The notes beneath the pieces were generated by a model that worked only from the letters and a program-made list of their open reading frames with translations, ran no database searches and was not told the DNA's origin. Of a stretch of 32,000 nt of DNA, positions 31,673 to 32,000 are shown piece after piece (the stretch's first letter is position 1; each line of letters begins with the position of its first letter). The translations under genes and the position numbers were made by a program. The DNA comes from Pseudomonas aeruginosa (lineage in GTDB: Bacteria; Pseudomonadota; Gammaproteobacteria; Pseudomonadales; Pseudomonadaceae): contig NZ_LN831024.1 in assembly GCF_001457615.1 (NCBI RefSeq), positions 1,350,001 to 1,382,000 of the forward strand, written 5' to 3'.

Positions 31673-32000
31673 AGCAACTGCCGGTGATCTTCAAGCGCGA
31701 GCTGGCGAGTTATTTCGCCACGCCGCTGGCCTATGTGTTCATCGTGATCTTCCTGGTCCTGGCGGGCGTGTTCACCTTCTACCTGGGCAACTTCTACGAA
31801 CGCAACCAGGCCGACCTGGCCTCCTTCTTCGCCTTCCATCCCTGGCTCTACCTGTTCCTGGTTCCCGCGCTGGCCATGCGCCTGTGGGCGGAGGAGCGCA
31901 AGTCCGGCTCGATCGAGCTGCTGATGACCCTGCCGCTGACCCGCTTCGAAGCCGTGGCCGGCAAGTTCCTGGCCGCCTGGGCGTTCGCCGGAATCGCACT
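31669..32000 (+). CDS. ABC transporter permease, N-terminal fragment (truncated by window end)
   Basis: ATGA overlap with the ATPase gene; MKQLPVIFKRELASYFATPLAYVFIVIFLVLAGVFTFYLGNF...FFAFHPWLYLFLVPALAMRLWAEERKSGSIELLMTLPL, GldF-like ABC-2 permease. Confidence 0.9.
   Translation, partial: MKQLPVIFKRELASYFATPLAYVFIVIFLVLAGVFTFYLGNFYERNQADLASFFAFHPWLYLFLVPALAMRLWAEERKSGSIELLMTLPLTRFEAVAGKFLAAWAFAGIA

Overview
The window reads as ordinary Pseudomonas aeruginosa core chromosome (high GC, dense genes, family content and order matching the prfB-lysS ... mexLJK-plsB neighbourhood as I recall it). Organism and gene-order calls come from recognition of protein sequences, not a database search. In order: prfB 3' end, lysS, a TetR-family regulator, a tightly overlapping six-gene run (lipoprotein, DUF1704/HExxxH protein, AIM24-family protein, alpha/beta-hydrolase lipoprotein, small membrane protein, macrodomain protein), lptF (OmpA-like) with a DUF4398 lipoprotein upstream, a Zn/Cd P-type ATPase with a divergent CadR-like MerR regulator and a recognisable MerR-type operator/promoter, a small RHH-like protein, ppc, adk, tsaB, a small Pseudomonas-type protein, a DUF72 protein, an isocitrate lyase/PEP mutase-family protein, an extensin-like protein, rsmJ, a cytochrome P450, mexL/mexJ/mexK, a DUF4197 protein, a YbaY-like lipoprotein, plsB, and an ABC transporter ATPase followed by a truncated permease. 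I found no CRISPR array, transposase, integrase, phage module, tRNA or rRNA. No clearly novel system is evident. The most worthwhile leads are the overlapping six-gene cassette at 2892-7302, the orphan P450 next to rsmJ and mexL, and the regulatory DNA at the cadR/ATPase, mexL/mexJ and lptF loci.
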